A DNA stretch of 63,641 nucleotides, the filler included, from Nitrospinota bacterium (GTDB taxonomy: Bacteria; JAUXIQ01): the NCBI GenBank assembly GCA_030620925.1. It is 10 parts of 10 records of this genome, joined end to end, with 100 filler letters (N's around TTAATTAATTAA, not from the genome) between each part and the next. Parts side by side here need not be neighbours in the genome. Positions count along the whole stretch, not along the records: positions 6,684 to 20,563 come from JAUXIQ010000015.1; 9 more parts are not named here. One strand, written 5' to 3'. The position numbers and the translations under genes were made by a program. The notes beneath the pieces were generated by a model. The model did not search any database. It was not told the DNA's origin and was given only the letters and a program-made list of their open reading frames with translations. Below, one piece after another: positions 8,687 to 19,493 of this stretch. Numbering within the stretch: the stretch's first letter is position 1; each line of letters starts with the position of its first letter.

Positions 8687-10792
8687 TCAAGATTTCTCCA
8701 ACTGCACCACAAGATTAAGATGGTCATCCATCACCGCCGCGCACCCGGGCCCCAGCACCAGCGTGGACTCCCTCTCCTCTATGATGGCCGGCCCTGAAGC
8801 TTGATGTCCGGCCGACATACGGTACCGGTCGTAAACAGGGCAGTCGGTGTAGCCGCCAAGGCGCTGGAAATAGGCTTTGCGCTTTCCCTTGAAAGCGTTT
8901 TCGGCCGCGGGCTGAGAGACACTCCGCATAGACGAGGCCTCCGTCTCGACTTCATACTCAGGCCCTGAGACCACCACACGCCAGTTGAGGGCCTCTATCC
9001 CGGCGTCGGGGTTCACCCTTGCATAGAGCTTCACGTACTGTTCGTCGAACCCCCGCTTCATATCGCCCACGCTTCGTTTTTCCAGTTTACCGCCCGGGAT
9101 GGGCACCTCTATCTCGTGACGCTGCCCCACGTAGCGCATGTTCGCCGAGCGTTGAAAGTGCATCTCCTCATCGCTGATGCCGGCACTCCGAAGAAATTCC
9201 GCACCTTCCAGCTCCATCTCTTCGAACAGGGCGTTGACCCCTGAGAGGTCTATATCATCCAAAGGTGTCACGTGCGATCTCACCAGATCGTAGGCGAAAG
9301 GGGCCGCCAGGAGACCCAGGGCGGAGGTAACTCCCGCCCCCGGCGGGTAGACAATGGTTCCCACACCCAGCCTCCGGGCCACATCGTAGGCATGCACCGG
9401 CCCCGCCCCACCAAAGGCGATGAGGGTATGCGAAGCAGGATCGCGCCCCTGGCTCATGGCGTGCACCCGGGTCGCGTTGGCCATGTTCTCGTTGACCACC
9501 TGGTGGATGCCCAGGGCCGCCTCCTCCAGCTCCATGCCCAGGGGAACAGCGATGTGAGCCTCGATCGACCTGCGGGCGCACTCGACGTCCAGGTCCATTT
9601 TGCCCCCCAGAAAATAGGCGGGGTCCAGGTATCCCAGGACCAGGTCTGCATCGGTTACCGTGGGCAATTCACCGCCCATACCGTAGCAGGCCGGTCCGGG
9701 GTTCGCTCCCGCACTGTCGGGCCCCACTTTGAGCAGGCCCAGCTTGTCCGCCCGGGCGATGCTCCCGCCGCCCGCTCCGATTTCGATCATCTCCACCACG
9801 GGCAGATTAATCGGCAGACCACTGCCCTTCTTGAATCGGAAAGCGCGGCCCACTTCGAAGTTGGTGGTAGTGAGCGGTTTTCCATCTTCAATGAAGCAGG
9901 CTTTGGCCGTGGTCCCCCCCATATCGAAGGAGAGCAGACGCTTCTCCCCCCTCAGCTTACCGTAATAAGCAGCGGCGATGGCCCCCGCCGCAGGACCCGA
10001 CTCCAGAGCCCTGACCGGAAATCGCTGTGCGGTCTCGCAGGTGGTGATACCGCCGTTGGACAGCATCACCAGCAGGTCTCCTCCGAAGCCCAGCTCCTTC
10101 AGACGGTTTCCGAACCCGGACAGATAGTGGGTCATGGTGGGTTGTGCGTAGGCATTGGCAACGGTGGTGGAAGTGCGCTCAAACTCCCGTATCTCCGGCA
10201 CTACCTCAGACGAGATGGATACTGAGAGGTCGGGGGCCAGTCGCTCTATTATCTCCGCCGCCCGTTGTTCGTTAGACCCATTCATGAAACTGTGCAGGAA
10301 GCAGACCGCCACGGCCTCCACCCCTTCACCGAGGAGTTTTTCCACCGCCTGCACCACCTCTTCTTCGTTCAGAGGGGTGAGGACGGCGCCCTTTTCGTCC
10401 ATCCGCTCGGTCACCTCCATCCTCAACCGGCGGGGGACCAGCGGTTCCGGCATTTCCAGGAACAGGTTGTACATATCGTAGCGGCTCTCGCGCCGTATCT
10501 CCAGCACGTCGCGGAACCCGGCGGTAGTGATAAGCCCGGCCCTGGCTCCCTTGCGTTCTATGATGAGGTTGGTGACCAGCGTGGTGCCGTGAATTATGTT
10601 GAGCACTTCCTCCGGGTCCACACCGGTTTCGGCCAGCTGCTCCCGCACGCCATCCACGGCGGCCATCGACGGGTCCAGTGAAGAGGTGAGGATTTTCCCG
10701 ATAGTTCTCTTGCCGGTGGCTTCGTCCATGAGAATAACGTCGGTGAACGTGCCACCTATGTCCACCCCCAGACGATACCTTCCCTTTTCCAT
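8687..10792 (-). CDS. Hydantoinase A/oxoprolinase family ATP-binding subunit (HyuA-like)
   Basis: GVDIGGTFTD, HGTT, ESGPAAG, FDMGGTT and IGAGGGSIA motifs. Confidence 0.95.
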   Translation of the reverse strand: MEKGRYRLGVDIGGTFTDVILMDEATGKRTIGKILTSSLDPSMAAVDGVREQLAETGVDPEEVLNIIHGTTLVTNLIIERKGARAGLITTAGFRDVLEIRRESRYDMYNLFLEMPEPLVPRRLRMEVTERMDEKGAVLTPLNEEEVVQAVEKLLGEGVEAVAVCFLHSFMNGSNEQRAAEIIERLAPDLSVSISSEVVPEIREFERTSTTVANAYAQPTMTHYLSGFGNRLKELGFGGDLLVMLSNGGITTCETAQRFPVRALESGPAAGAIAAAYYGKLRGEKRLLSFDMGGTTAKACFIEDGKPLTTTNFEVGRAFRFKKGSGLPINLPVVEMIEIGAGGGSIARADKLGLLKVGPDSAGANPGPACYGMGGELPTVTDADLVLGYLDPAYFLGGKMDLDVECARRSIEAHIAVPLGMELEEAALGIHQVVNENMANATRVHAMSQGRDPASHTLIAFGGAGPVHAYDVARRLGVGTIVYPPGAGVTSALGLLAAPFAYDLVRSHVTPLDDIDLSGVNALFEEMELEGAEFLRSAGISDEEMHFQRSANMRYVGQRHEIEVPIPGGKLEKRSVGDMKRGFDEQYVKLYARVNPDAGIEALNWRVVVSGPEYEVETEASSMRSVSQPAAENAFKGKRKAYFQRLGGYTDCPVYDRYRMSAGHQASGPAIIEERESTLVLGPGCAAVMDDHLNLVVQLEKS

Positions 10793-11167
10793 CAGGATGG
10801 CCCCATGCAGATTTTCGCATAAAATATATAAAAGGGTTCAGGCGAGCAGATAAGAATTTATCATTACAATAACCGCTTTACAAGAACCAACTGCCGCACC
10901 GCCCCTTCCCTTCGCCCGGTAAAACCACTGTAATCTGGTGCAGCATCTAAAATCATTTAATCTAACGGCTGAGGCCGCTAAACATTGCCTCATATCCGTT
11001 TCATCCGGCTCACGTGCGCCTTGAACCTTTTAAGGGGGGGAGGTCGACCGAAGCTTATATATTGTCTTTTCCCTTCCCCGATGATATATTCATACCTCAA
11101 TTTCAATTTGCCTTTATTAATGTTTGCCCCGATCTGAATTCCGGTTACACGGATAAAAAGAGGGAAC

Positions 11168-11196
11168 TTGATTAAACTCCATCAAACTGTTATAAT
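11168..11196 (+). promoter_or_regulatory. sigma70 promoter for tRNA-Leu/tig-clpP-clpX
   Basis: TTGATT-N17-TATAAT. Confidence 0.7.
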
Positions 11197-11344
11197 TCTT
11201 TAAGCTGTTGATATGACTTGTAAAATGTTGATCTCTAAGGTCTTTGCCGGTGAGCCCGGGATGCCCCCGGTCCGGAAGATGGGAGCTGCATTCCCTGTCG
11301 GCTCACCATTTATTTATGCTCTATAAGCGCATTTAATTCATGGC

Positions 11345-11424
11345 GCGAGAGTGGCGGAACTGGTATACGCGCTGGATTTAGGATCCAGTGGGCAACCGTG
11401 GGGGTTCGAGTCCCCCCTCTCGCA
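11345..11424 (+). tRNA. tRNA-Leu(TAG)
   Basis: Acceptor GCGAGAG/CTCTCGC, anticodon arm CTGGA-TTTAGGA-TCCAG, variable arm, GGTTCGAG; CCA not encoded. Confidence 0.96.
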
Positions 11425-11450
11425 CAATTAAACCTCTGGACAGACACGAC

Positions 11451-12803
11451 ATGTTAGATTTAAAAATAGATGTGATAGAAGTCGACACTTGCACTAAAAA
11501 GCTGGAGCTGGAGCTGCCTTTCTCCCAGTACCAGAAAGAACTGGAGAAAGCATACCGCGCCCTGAACAGGAAGGTGCGCGTCCAGGGTTTTCGGAAGGGC
11601 AAGGCTCCCTTAAAAGTTTTGGAGAGGTATTACAAAGACCAGGTGGAAACAGAGGTCCTCCAAAAACTGGTGCCCGAATCGTTTAAAGAAGCCGTCGTTG
11701 AAAAAAACCTCAACGCAGTCGGTCAGCCAAGATTGGAGGATTTCAAGGTTGAAAAAGAAAAGCTGGTAAAGCTCATGCTGACGGTAGAAGTCAAACCCGA
11801 GATAGATGAAGTCTCTCACGAGGGCTTTGAATTCCAAAAAACCGTGCAGAATATCAGTCAGGAAAACGTAGACAAAGAAATAGATGGATTGAGAGAAAAG
11901 CTGGCCGAACTGAGCGAAAAACCTGATGGCCGGATAGAAAAAGGCGATTACGCCACCATAGACTATCAGCTTTTCATCGAAGGAAAAACAACGCCCGAGG
12001 AGAAAAGAGAGAACCTGACACTGGCGGTGGGAGATGGCAGCCTGGACGAAAACTTCGAAAGACAACTATTGGGAGTGAGCAAAGGGGACGAAAAGGAAAT
12101 CGTAATCAGATTTCCTCAAGAAAACACCCGCCCGGAATTGGCGGGTAAGGACGCTATTTTCAAGGTTAACATTAACGAAGTAAAGATCAAAGTGCTTCCT
12201 CCCTTAGACGACGACCTGGCGCGCCAACTGGGGGACTATGAAACCCTGGAGGACCTGAAGACCGATATCAGGGATAAGTTAGAAGAATACGAAGAGCAGC
12301 AGGCGACCAACCGCCTTAAAAAGGATCTCATATCCAAACTTGTGGAAGAAAACCCCGTTGAAGCTCCTCCCAGCCTGGTGGATGAAGAACTTAACCTCAG
12401 ATTGTTCCTGTTGCAGAGTCAGTTGCAGAGACAGGGCCTGCGACTCGAGAACCTCACCAGAGAAGACCTGGAAAAATGGCGCCAGGAAAATCGTGATGAC
12501 GCCGCCGGTAATGTGAAAGCCAACCTCATACTTGAAAAGATTGCTCAAATAAAAGGGATAGAGGTCAGCGACCAGGAATTGGATGAGGAGCTGAAGAAGG
12601 TGGGAATGGGGGCCAAGCAGGACACTCAAACCCTTAAGAAACAGATGGAAGAGAACGGGCGTCTGGCAAACCTCAAAGAGAGCCTACTCAGAGAAAAGAC
12701 GTTGAATAACATGTTGGAAGGATATAAGATTGAAGTGATAACTGCCGATAATATTGATGACCAAGCTCCACAAGGCCAAAACATAGAAGAAGAACAGGAG
12801 TAA
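11451..12803 (+). CDS. tig: Trigger factor
   Basis: GFRKGKAP ribosome-binding motif, FKBP-like domain, upstream of clpP; start moved to ATG 11451 because the longer ORF overlaps the tRNA. Confidence 0.96.
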   Translation: MLDLKIDVIEVDTCTKKLELELPFSQYQKELEKAYRALNRKVRVQGFRKGKAPLKVLERYYKDQVETEVLQKLVPESFKEAVVEKNLNAVGQPRLEDFKVEKEKLVKLMLTVEVKPEIDEVSHEGFEFQKTVQNISQENVDKEIDGLREKLAELSEKPDGRIEKGDYATIDYQLFIEGKTTPEEKRENLTLAVGDGSLDENFERQLLGVSKGDEKEIVIRFPQENTRPELAGKDAIFKVNINEVKIKVLPPLDDDLARQLGDYETLEDLKTDIRDKLEEYEEQQATNRLKKDLISKLVEENPVEAPPSLVDEELNLRLFLLQSQLQRQGLRLENLTREDLEKWRQENRDDAAGNVKANLILEKIAQIKGIEVSDQELDEELKKVGMGAKQDTQTLKKQMEENGRLANLKESLLREKTLNNMLEGYKIEVITADNIDDQAPQGQNIEEEQE

Positions 12804-12808
12804 CACTC

Positions 12809-13420
12809 ATGAGCCTAGTACCGATGGTGGTTGAACAGACATCCAGAGGAGAGCGAGCATACGACATCTATTCCAGACTCCTCAAAGACAGAATAATCTT
12901 CCTGGGCGCGCCCGTAGACGATATGATAGCGAACCTGGTTATGGCTCAGATGCTTTTTCTGGAGGCGGATAACCCCGATCAAGATATTTATCTTTACATT
13001 AATTGTCCCGGCGGAATGGTGACGGCGGGTCTGGCCATATATGACACCATGCAGTATATCCGGCCCGATATCTCGACCATCTGCATAGGCCAGGCGGCCA
13101 GCATGGCCGCGCTCCTGCTGGCCGCAGGCGCAGAGAAGAAGCGCTTCGCCCTGCCCCACGCCCGCATACTTATTCATCAACCCCTGGGCGGAGTGCAGGG
13201 CCAGGCTACGGACATAAACATACAGGCCAAGGAAATAATGAGAATGAGGGACCTCCTGGATGAAATCCTGATGCAACATACCAAACAGCCCCTGGAAAAG
13301 GTGCGCGAGGATACCGAGCGGGATTTCTTCATGACCGGTGAACTGGCCAAAGAATACGGTATAATAGACGAGGTAATAACCTCCAGGGAATTGCCGTCAG
13401 CCAACGAGAAAAAGCCGTAG
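12809..13420 (+). CDS. clpP: ATP-dependent Clp protease proteolytic subunit
   Basis: [18 protein letters not shown] and IHQPLGG motifs. Confidence 0.99.
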   Translation: MSLVPMVVEQTSRGERAYDIYSRLLKDRIIFLGAPVDDMIANLVMAQMLFLEADNPDQDIYLYINCPGGMVTAGLAIYDTMQYIRPDISTICIGQAASMAALLLAAGAEKKRFALPHARILIHQPLGGVQGQATDINIQAKEIMRMRDLLDEILMQHTKQPLEKVREDTERDFFMTGELAKEYGIIDEVITSRELPSANEKKP

Positions 13421-13473
13421 GCGACCAATAAAATAACCGCGAAACCAGATCAGCATATAGCGAGGTGCTCCTA

Positions 13474-14712
13474 ATGAGCAGGAAAGACCACCAGGGCGAA
13501 AACCTCAGATGCTCATTCTGCGGCAAGAGCCAGAACGAAGTTAAGAAGCTCATCGCCGGCCCCACCGTATACATATGCGATGAATGTATCAGCCTGTGCA
13601 ATAGTATCATCATAGAAGAACGAGCCCAGGAACGGGGGCAAAGCTTCAAGAACCTGCTTAAACCCAAAGAAATAAAAGTCAAGCTGGACGACCACGTTAT
13701 AGGGCAGGAGCAGGCCAAAAAAATCCTCTCCGTCGCTGTCCATAATCATTACAAAAGGATCGAGGCCAATACAGCCATGGATGACGTTGAGCTCCAGAAA
13801 AGCAACATAATGCTCATCGGCCCTACAGGATGCGGTAAAACCCTGCTCGCACAGACTATGGCCCGGACAATAAACGTCCCCTTCGCCATCGTGGACGCCA
13901 CCACTCACACCGAAGCCGGCTACGTGGGCGAAGACGTGGAAAATATCATCCTCAAGTTACTCCAGGCCGCGGACTACGACGTTGAACGCGCCGAACGCGG
14001 CATCATCTACATAGACGAGATAGACAAGATCAGTAAAAAATCCGAGAACCCCTCCATTACCAGAGACGTATCGGGCGAGGGCGTGCAGCAGGCACTGCTC
14101 AAGATCATGGAAGGCACTGTGGCCAGCGTGCCACCCCAGGGAGGACGAAAGCACCCCCATCAAGAGTTCGTCCAGGTGGATACCACCAACATACTGTTCA
14201 TATGCGGAGGCGCCTTCGTAGGGATTGAGAATATAGTCGCACAGCGCCTGGGTAAAAACGCAGTGGGCTTCCAATCCAAACTGAAGAGTAAAGAGAGTGA
14301 AAACAAGGGTGAAATGCTTTTGCACACCCAGCCGGAAGACCTCCTAATATACGGCCTCATACCCGAATTTATAGGAAGGCTCCCCGTGGCGGCCCTACTC
14401 GATCCTTTAACCCAGGAGGAGCTTGTGGAGATACTGACAGAGCCCAAAAACGCTCTGACCAAACAATATATGAAAATTTTCGAATTCGACGACGTTGTGT
14501 TGAAGTTCACCTCCGAAGCCCTGCAGGCCATCGCCTCAAAAGCAACCGCGCTTGGAACTGGAGCAAGAGGGCTGCGGACCATCCTGGAAAACCTCATGCT
14601 GGACGCCATGTACGAAATTCCTTCCAGTACAGACATAAAAGAATGGGCGATATCCGAGGAAGATATCGAAGCGCTGAACAGCGCATCTCAACGGTTCAGG
14701 CAGGCCAGTTGA
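13474..14712 (+). CDS. clpX: ATP-dependent Clp protease ATP-binding subunit ClpX
   Basis: CSFCGK zinc finger, GPTGCGKT Walker A, GYVG pore loop, RKH loop. Confidence 0.99.
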   Translation: MSRKDHQGENLRCSFCGKSQNEVKKLIAGPTVYICDECISLCNSIIIEERAQERGQSFKNLLKPKEIKVKLDDHVIGQEQAKKILSVAVHNHYKRIEANTAMDDVELQKSNIMLIGPTGCGKTLLAQTMARTINVPFAIVDATTHTEAGYVGEDVENIILKLLQAADYDVERAERGIIYIDEIDKISKKSENPSITRDVSGEGVQQALLKIMEGTVASVPPQGGRKHPHQEFVQVDTTNILFICGGAFVGIENIVAQRLGKNAVGFQSKLKSKESENKGEMLLHTQPEDLLIYGLIPEFIGRLPVAALLDPLTQEELVEILTEPKNALTKQYMKIFEFDDVVLKFTSEALQAIASKATALGTGARGLRTILENLMLDAMYEIPSSTDIKEWAISEEDIEALNSASQRFRQAS

Positions 14713-14726
14713 GGAATCCTTTTCAC

Positions 14727-14756
14727 TTGACACTTAACGCAGTCGGGTAGTAGCAT
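14727..14756 (+). promoter_or_regulatory. sigma70 promoter of tRNA-Val
   Basis: TTGACA-N18-TAGCAT immediately upstream of the tRNA. Confidence 0.6.
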
Positions 14757-14771
14757 TATACAGAAAATTAG

Positions 14772-14846
14772 AGGCACGTAGCTCAGGGGGAGAGCGCTTG
14801 CTTGACGCGCAAGAAGTCGGCGGTTCGAAACCGCCCGTGCCTACCA
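14772..14846 (+). tRNA. tRNA-Val(GAC)
   Basis: Acceptor AGGCACG/CGTGCCT, anticodon arm CTTGC-TTGACGC-GCAAG, encoded CCA. Confidence 0.96.
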
Positions 14847-15014
14847 TAATTAATTAAAAAGAAATATATTTCAACGTAGCGTACGGCTCGGACTTATAGT
14901 CAACCACCGATAGAGGTTTGTAACGCATAAATTTTTAAAGCGTTTACGGCCCCGGGAAAAAGATCCGGCAGGAAGGGGCCTCAAGGTTAAAAAGTTTAAT
15001 GTCATAATCATATT

Positions 15015-15063
15015 AAAAGGCATCATGAAACTCTTTTACCTGCATGATGCCTTTTTATTTTTT
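15015..15063 (+). terminator. Intrinsic terminator-like hairpin just upstream of thrS
   Basis: AAAAGGCATCATG...CATGATGCCTTTT followed by a T-rich tract. Confidence 0.7.
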
Positions 15064-15083
15064 CAGGTAACCGGAAAGCTGCA

Positions 15084-17021
15084 ATGCACCAATTAGGCGG
15101 AATTAAAATTAAAATATTGTCCGATAACACTACCGTCGAAAAACCGACGGGCGTTACACCCTTGGAGCTGCTGTCTGAGATGAAGAGGGCCGAACAGAAA
15201 AAGGTTACGGGCGTGCTGGTAAACGGAAATGCCGCAGATTTGAACCATCCCATTACCTCCGATGCCACTCTCAAGTTTCTCACCTTTGATGACTCGGAAG
15301 GAAAAGAGATATACCGCCACAGCACCTCACATATAATGGCCTACGCCGTGCAGCAGCTCTTTCCCGATGTGAAGCTGGCAATAGGCCCGGCCATCGAAGA
15401 CGGCTATTACTACGACTTCGATTCCAGCCAGACCTTCTCCAGCGAAAACTTCGAGCAAATCGAAAAGAGGATGGCCGAGATAATCAAGGAGGATATACCC
15501 TTCGAGAGGGAGACGCTTAAAAAAAGAGACGCCCTCAACCTGTTTAAGGAAAAAGGCGAACTCTACAAGGTGGAAATGCTGGGTGAAATAGAAGACGAAG
15601 AGGTCACCGTTTACCGGTTGGGCGATTTCGTAGACCTCTGCAGGGGCCCCCATCTGCAGACCTCGGGAAAAATCAAAGCTTATAAAATTCTCAACAGCGC
15701 CGGAGCTTACTGGCGTGGAGACGAGAGTAACAAGATGCTCCAGCGCCTTTACGGCACATCATTCCCCACCACCGAGCAGCTGGAATCCTTCCTGCAGAAG
15801 CTGGAAGACGCCAAGGCGCGCGACCACCGCGTGCTGGGTAAAAAGCTCTCCATATACACAGTGGGCGAAAAAGCCGGCCCGGGGCTCATATACTGGCAGC
15901 CTAAAGGGACTATTATCCGTAAAATAATAGAGCGGTTCTGGGAAGATGAGCATGTGAAGCACGGCTATGAGCTGGTCTGCATTCCACACATAGCCAAGGA
16001 CAGTATGTTCAGGACCTCGGGGCATTACGATTTTTTCCGGGAGAACATGTTTGTGATGCCCATAGATGAGGACGAATACGTCCTCAAACCCATGAACTGC
16101 CCGGGCCATATCCTCATATACCAGGAAAAGCTGCACAGTTACCGGGAGCTTCCCATCAGATATGCAGAGCTGGGCACGGTCTACAGATACGAGCGGCACG
16201 GCGCCCTGCACGGTATGCTCCGGGTTCGGGGTTTTACCCAGGACGACGCGCACATATTCTGCACCCCCGAGCAGCTCCCCCGGGAAATACTGGGAGTATT
16301 GGACCTCTCCCAGTATATGCTCAACACCTTCGGCTATAAGCAGTTCGAGGTGGATTTGAGCGTGCGCGATCCGGAAAACCCCCACAACTACGCCGGAGAC
16401 GAAGCCGAATGGGAGATGGCCGAGGGGGTCCTCGCTCGGGCCCTCGAGGAGAAGGAGTGGGAGTATACCAGGCAGGAAGGAGAAGCGGTCTTTTACGGCC
16501 CCAAGATCGACATAAAGATGATAGATGCGCTGGGGCGGGGATGGCAGGGGCCCACCATCCAGTTCGATTTCAATCTTCCGCGCCGCTGCGATGTCAACTA
16601 CATAGACACAGACGGCAAACCCCATAACGTGGTCATGGTACACCGTACCGTTCTGGGCTCCATGGAACGGTTCGTGGGCGGCCTCATAGAGCATCATGCA
16701 GGCGCATTCCCCCTCTGGCTGGCCCCGGTTCAGGTAAGAGTCTTACCCATTACGGACCGGCATGCCGAATACGGCGGTCAAGTGGTCGCACGGCTGCAAG
16801 AGAACAATATAAGAGTCGAGCAGGATGACCGCAGCGAAACCCTCGGCTTCAAGATCCGTCAGGCGCAGGAAGAGAAGATACCCTACGTGCTTGTGGTGGG
16901 GGACAGGGAGGTGCAGCAGGGCACCGCATCCGTCCGAAAGAGAGGAGGGAAAGACCTGGGCCCCATGGAAATGGAAAGCATCGTGAACATGCTGAAAGAG
17001 GAAATAGATTCTAAAATGTAG
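15084..17021 (+). CDS. thrS: Threonine--tRNA ligase
   Basis: TGS domain, HSTSH, DLCRGPH, KPMNCPGH and RVRGFTQDDAHIF motifs; exact start uncertain. Confidence 0.98.
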   Translation: MHQLGGIKIKILSDNTTVEKPTGVTPLELLSEMKRAEQKKVTGVLVNGNAADLNHPITSDATLKFLTFDDSEGKEIYRHSTSHIMAYAVQQLFPDVKLAIGPAIEDGYYYDFDSSQTFSSENFEQIEKRMAEIIKEDIPFERETLKKRDALNLFKEKGELYKVEMLGEIEDEEVTVYRLGDFVDLCRGPHLQTSGKIKAYKILNSAGAYWRGDESNKMLQRLYGTSFPTTEQLESFLQKLEDAKARDHRVLGKKLSIYTVGEKAGPGLIYWQPKGTIIRKIIERFWEDEHVKHGYELVCIPHIAKDSMFRTSGHYDFFRENMFVMPIDEDEYVLKPMNCPGHILIYQEKLHSYRELPIRYAELGTVYRYERHGALHGMLRVRGFTQDDAHIFCTPEQLPREILGVLDLSQYMLNTFGYKQFEVDLSVRDPENPHNYAGDEAEWEMAEGVLARALEEKEWEYTRQEGEAVFYGPKIDIKMIDALGRGWQGPTIQFDFNLPRRCDVNYIDTDGKPHNVVMVHRTVLGSMERFVGGLIEHHAGAFPLWLAPVQVRVLPITDRHAEYGGQVVARLQENNIRVEQDDRSETLGFKIRQAQEEKIPYVLVVGDREVQQGTASVRKRGGKDLGPMEMESIVNMLKEEIDSKM

Positions 17022-17098
17022 ACCACGGAGAGCTCAGCCGATATCACCCATAAGAGCTTTCCGCACTTTGACTGTTTCTCACACGTAAAAGGAGATTT

Positions 17099-17632
17099 AT
17101 GGTCTTTGAAAAAAAACACAGGGTCAACGAAGTCATCCGAATCAAAGAAGTGCGCCTCATAGGCTCGGACGGCTCACAGTTAGGAGTCTTACCCACGGAG
17201 CAGGCCATGAGCATGGCAGAGGAAGAAGGTCTCGATCTGGTGGAAGTAGCCCCCAACGAGAGACCGCCCGTCTGCCGCATAATGGACTACGGAAAATTCA
17301 AATACCAGCAGAGCAAACGCGGCCAGGAGGCTAAAAAGAAACAGAAACAGTTCCTGGTCAAAGAAATGAAGATGCGCCCCAAGACCGAGGAGCACGATTA
17401 CCAGTTCAAGATCAAGCATGTGCGCAGGTTCTTGTCGGAAGGGAATAAGACGAAAATAACCATAATGTTCAGGGGGAGGGAGCTCTCCCACCTAGAGCTG
17501 GGCCAGAAAATATTGGACAGACTCACCGAAGACCTGAGCGATGTATGCATCGTTGAGCAGGAGCCCAAAAGGGAAGGCCGCAACATGATCATGGTCCTAG
17601 CGCCTAGAGGCAATACGGCCCAGACCGATTAA
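17099..17632 (+). CDS. infC: Translation initiation factor IF-3
   Basis: GLDLVEVAP, PPVCRIMDYGKFKY and MFRGRE motifs; thrS-infC-rpmI-rplT synteny. Confidence 0.98.
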   Translation: MVFEKKHRVNEVIRIKEVRLIGSDGSQLGVLPTEQAMSMAEEEGLDLVEVAPNERPPVCRIMDYGKFKYQQSKRGQEAKKKQKQFLVKEMKMRPKTEEHDYQFKIKHVRRFLSEGNKTKITIMFRGRELSHLELGQKILDRLTEDLSDVCIVEQEPKREGRNMIMVLAPRGNTAQTD

Positions 17633-17782
17633 CCCCCGGGAATTAATCAATTCGAGGGCCGGGATCAGTTGGGATAAGATAGTCTAATAACATTCAGGCG
17701 GATATAATAGTTATTTATCCTACTATCTATTAGTTTAACCTGACACAGTCTAATAACGATCAATACGCCGGGAGAAATTCAG

Positions 17783-17977
17783 TTGCCTAAACTTAAGACC
17801 AATAGAGGAGCAGCAAAGAGATTCAAGGTTACCGCCTCTGGAAAGATCAAGAGAAACAAGGCGTATCGCGGCCACCTCCTTACCAAAAAAACCACCAAGC
17901 GCAAGCGCAACCTCAGGAAGAGCGGCCTGGTGGACACCACGAATGCCAAGGCGGTAAAAAGATTGCTCAATCCCTGA
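17783..17977 (+). CDS. rpmI: 50S ribosomal protein L35
   Basis: [18 protein letters not shown] start. Confidence 0.98.
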   Translation: MPKLKTNRGAAKRFKVTASGKIKRNKAYRGHLLTKKTTKRKRNLRKSGLVDTTNAKAVKRLLNP

Positions 17978-18038
17978 ATACCGTTGAAAGACTATTCTCC
18001 GGCGCTGCAACAATAACTAAGGTGACAGGAGTACTAAA

Positions 18039-18395
18039 ATGCCCAGAGTCAGGAACAGCCCCGCCACAAGGAGGCGGAGAAAAAAAGTCCTCCGTAGGGC
18101 CAAAGGATACGTAGGAGGACGCAGCAAGCTCTTCAAGACTGCGCGCGAAACCGTGGACCGCGCCGCAAGTTACGCTTACAGAGACCGTAAACAGCGCAGA
18201 AGGCAATTCCGTCGGCTCTGGATCATTCGCATAGGAGCGGCGGCCAGGCTGCATGGCATCTCGTACAACAAATTCATTCATGGCCTCAAAACCGCGGATA
18301 TCGACCTGGACAGGAAAACCCTCGCAGAAATCGCCATCAGCGACCCCGAGGCTTTCGGCAAACTGGCCGAACTGGCCAGGGAACAGGTATCATAA
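18039..18395 (+). CDS. rplT: 50S ribosomal protein L20
   Basis: MPRV, AKGY and YAYRDR..FRRLWI.RI motifs. Confidence 0.99.
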   Translation: MPRVRNSPATRRRRKKVLRRAKGYVGGRSKLFKTARETVDRAASYAYRDRKQRRRQFRRLWIIRIGAAARLHGISYNKFIHGLKTADIDLDRKTLAEIAISDPEAFGKLAELAREQVS

Positions 18396-18461
18396 ACGGC
18401 TTAGAGAACACTATTTACGCGAAACGGCGCCCTGATCCCGTTTTCGCCGAGGTGAGATAAA

Positions 18462-19475
18462 TTGCCTACTTCGCTCGCAAAAATCGGGAAGTCCTTCGAG
18501 AAAGACCTCCAGGGGGCGACCGATGAGAAGCGCCTGAGCGATATACGGGTAAAATACCTGGGCAAGAAAGGCCTGCTTACATCCATTCGCAAGTCCTTCC
18601 GGGAGTTGAGCCCGGAAGAGCGGCCGGCCGCAGGCAAGGAGCTCAACAGCGTCGTCTCAAAACTGGAGAAGGCGCTGGAAGAGAAGAAGTCCCAGATGGA
18701 GCTGGAAAAGGGATCGTCTGTCGAAAAAGGCTGGATAGACGTAACCCTTCCGGGGAAACGCCCGCCGCTGGGCCGTAAGCACCCCATAACCCAGACCTGG
18801 GAAGAAGTCACCCGGATATTCATGGGCCTCGGTTTCGACGTGGTCGAAGGGCCCGAAGTCGAGCTGGACTACTACAATTTCGAGGCCCTGAACATCCCCA
18901 AAGACCATCCCGCCCGGGACATGCAGGACACTTTTTACGTAACGGAGGAAGTTCTCCTCAGAACCCACACCTCCCCCGTGCAGATAAGGGCCATGGAAAA
19001 CCATCCCCCGCCCATAAGCATCATCTCGCCGGGGAAGGTATACCGCTGCGACGCTGATATAACCCACAGCCCCATGTTCCACCAGGTAGAGGGCCTCAAG
19101 GTAGACAAAAATATCTCCCTGGCCGACCTCAAAGGGGTGCTGGAAGAGTTCGTCCATCAGTATTTCGGCGAAGACACCAAGCTGCGCTTCAGACCCTCCT
19201 TCTTCCCCTTCACCGAACCCAGCGCGGAAGTGGATATAAGCTGCGTTATGTGCGATGGAATGGGATGCAGGGTCTGCGGGCATAGCGGCTGGCTCGAGAT
19301 ACTGGGGTCGGGCATGGTCGACCCGGAAGTGTACCGTTTCGTGGGATACGACCCGGAAAACTGGACGGGGTTCGCTTTCGGGATGGGCCTGGAGAGGATC
19401 GCCATGCTTAAATACGGCATAGATGATATCAGGCTCTTCTTCGAAAACGACCACCGATTCCTCGAACAGTTCTGA
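18462..19475 (+). CDS. pheS: Phenylalanine--tRNA ligase alpha subunit
   Basis: [26 protein letters not shown] and [13 protein letters not shown] motifs. Confidence 0.99.
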   Translation: MPTSLAKIGKSFEKDLQGATDEKRLSDIRVKYLGKKGLLTSIRKSFRELSPEERPAAGKELNSVVSKLEKALEEKKSQMELEKGSSVEKGWIDVTLPGKRPPLGRKHPITQTWEEVTRIFMGLGFDVVEGPEVELDYYNFEALNIPKDHPARDMQDTFYVTEEVLLRTHTSPVQIRAMENHPPPISIISPGKVYRCDADITHSPMFHQVEGLKVDKNISLADLKGVLEEFVHQYFGEDTKLRFRPSFFPFTEPSAEVDISCVMCDGMGCRVCGHSGWLEILGSGMVDPEVYRFVGYDPENWTGFAFGMGLERIAMLKYGIDDIRLFFENDHRFLEQF

Positions 19476-19493
19476 CCGGGGAGCCACCATGCC

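Noticed and set aside
11249-11307. SRP (4.5S) RNA call
   Set aside because: Lacks the CAGG...GGAAGCAG domain IV consensus; kept only as an unknown structured RNA
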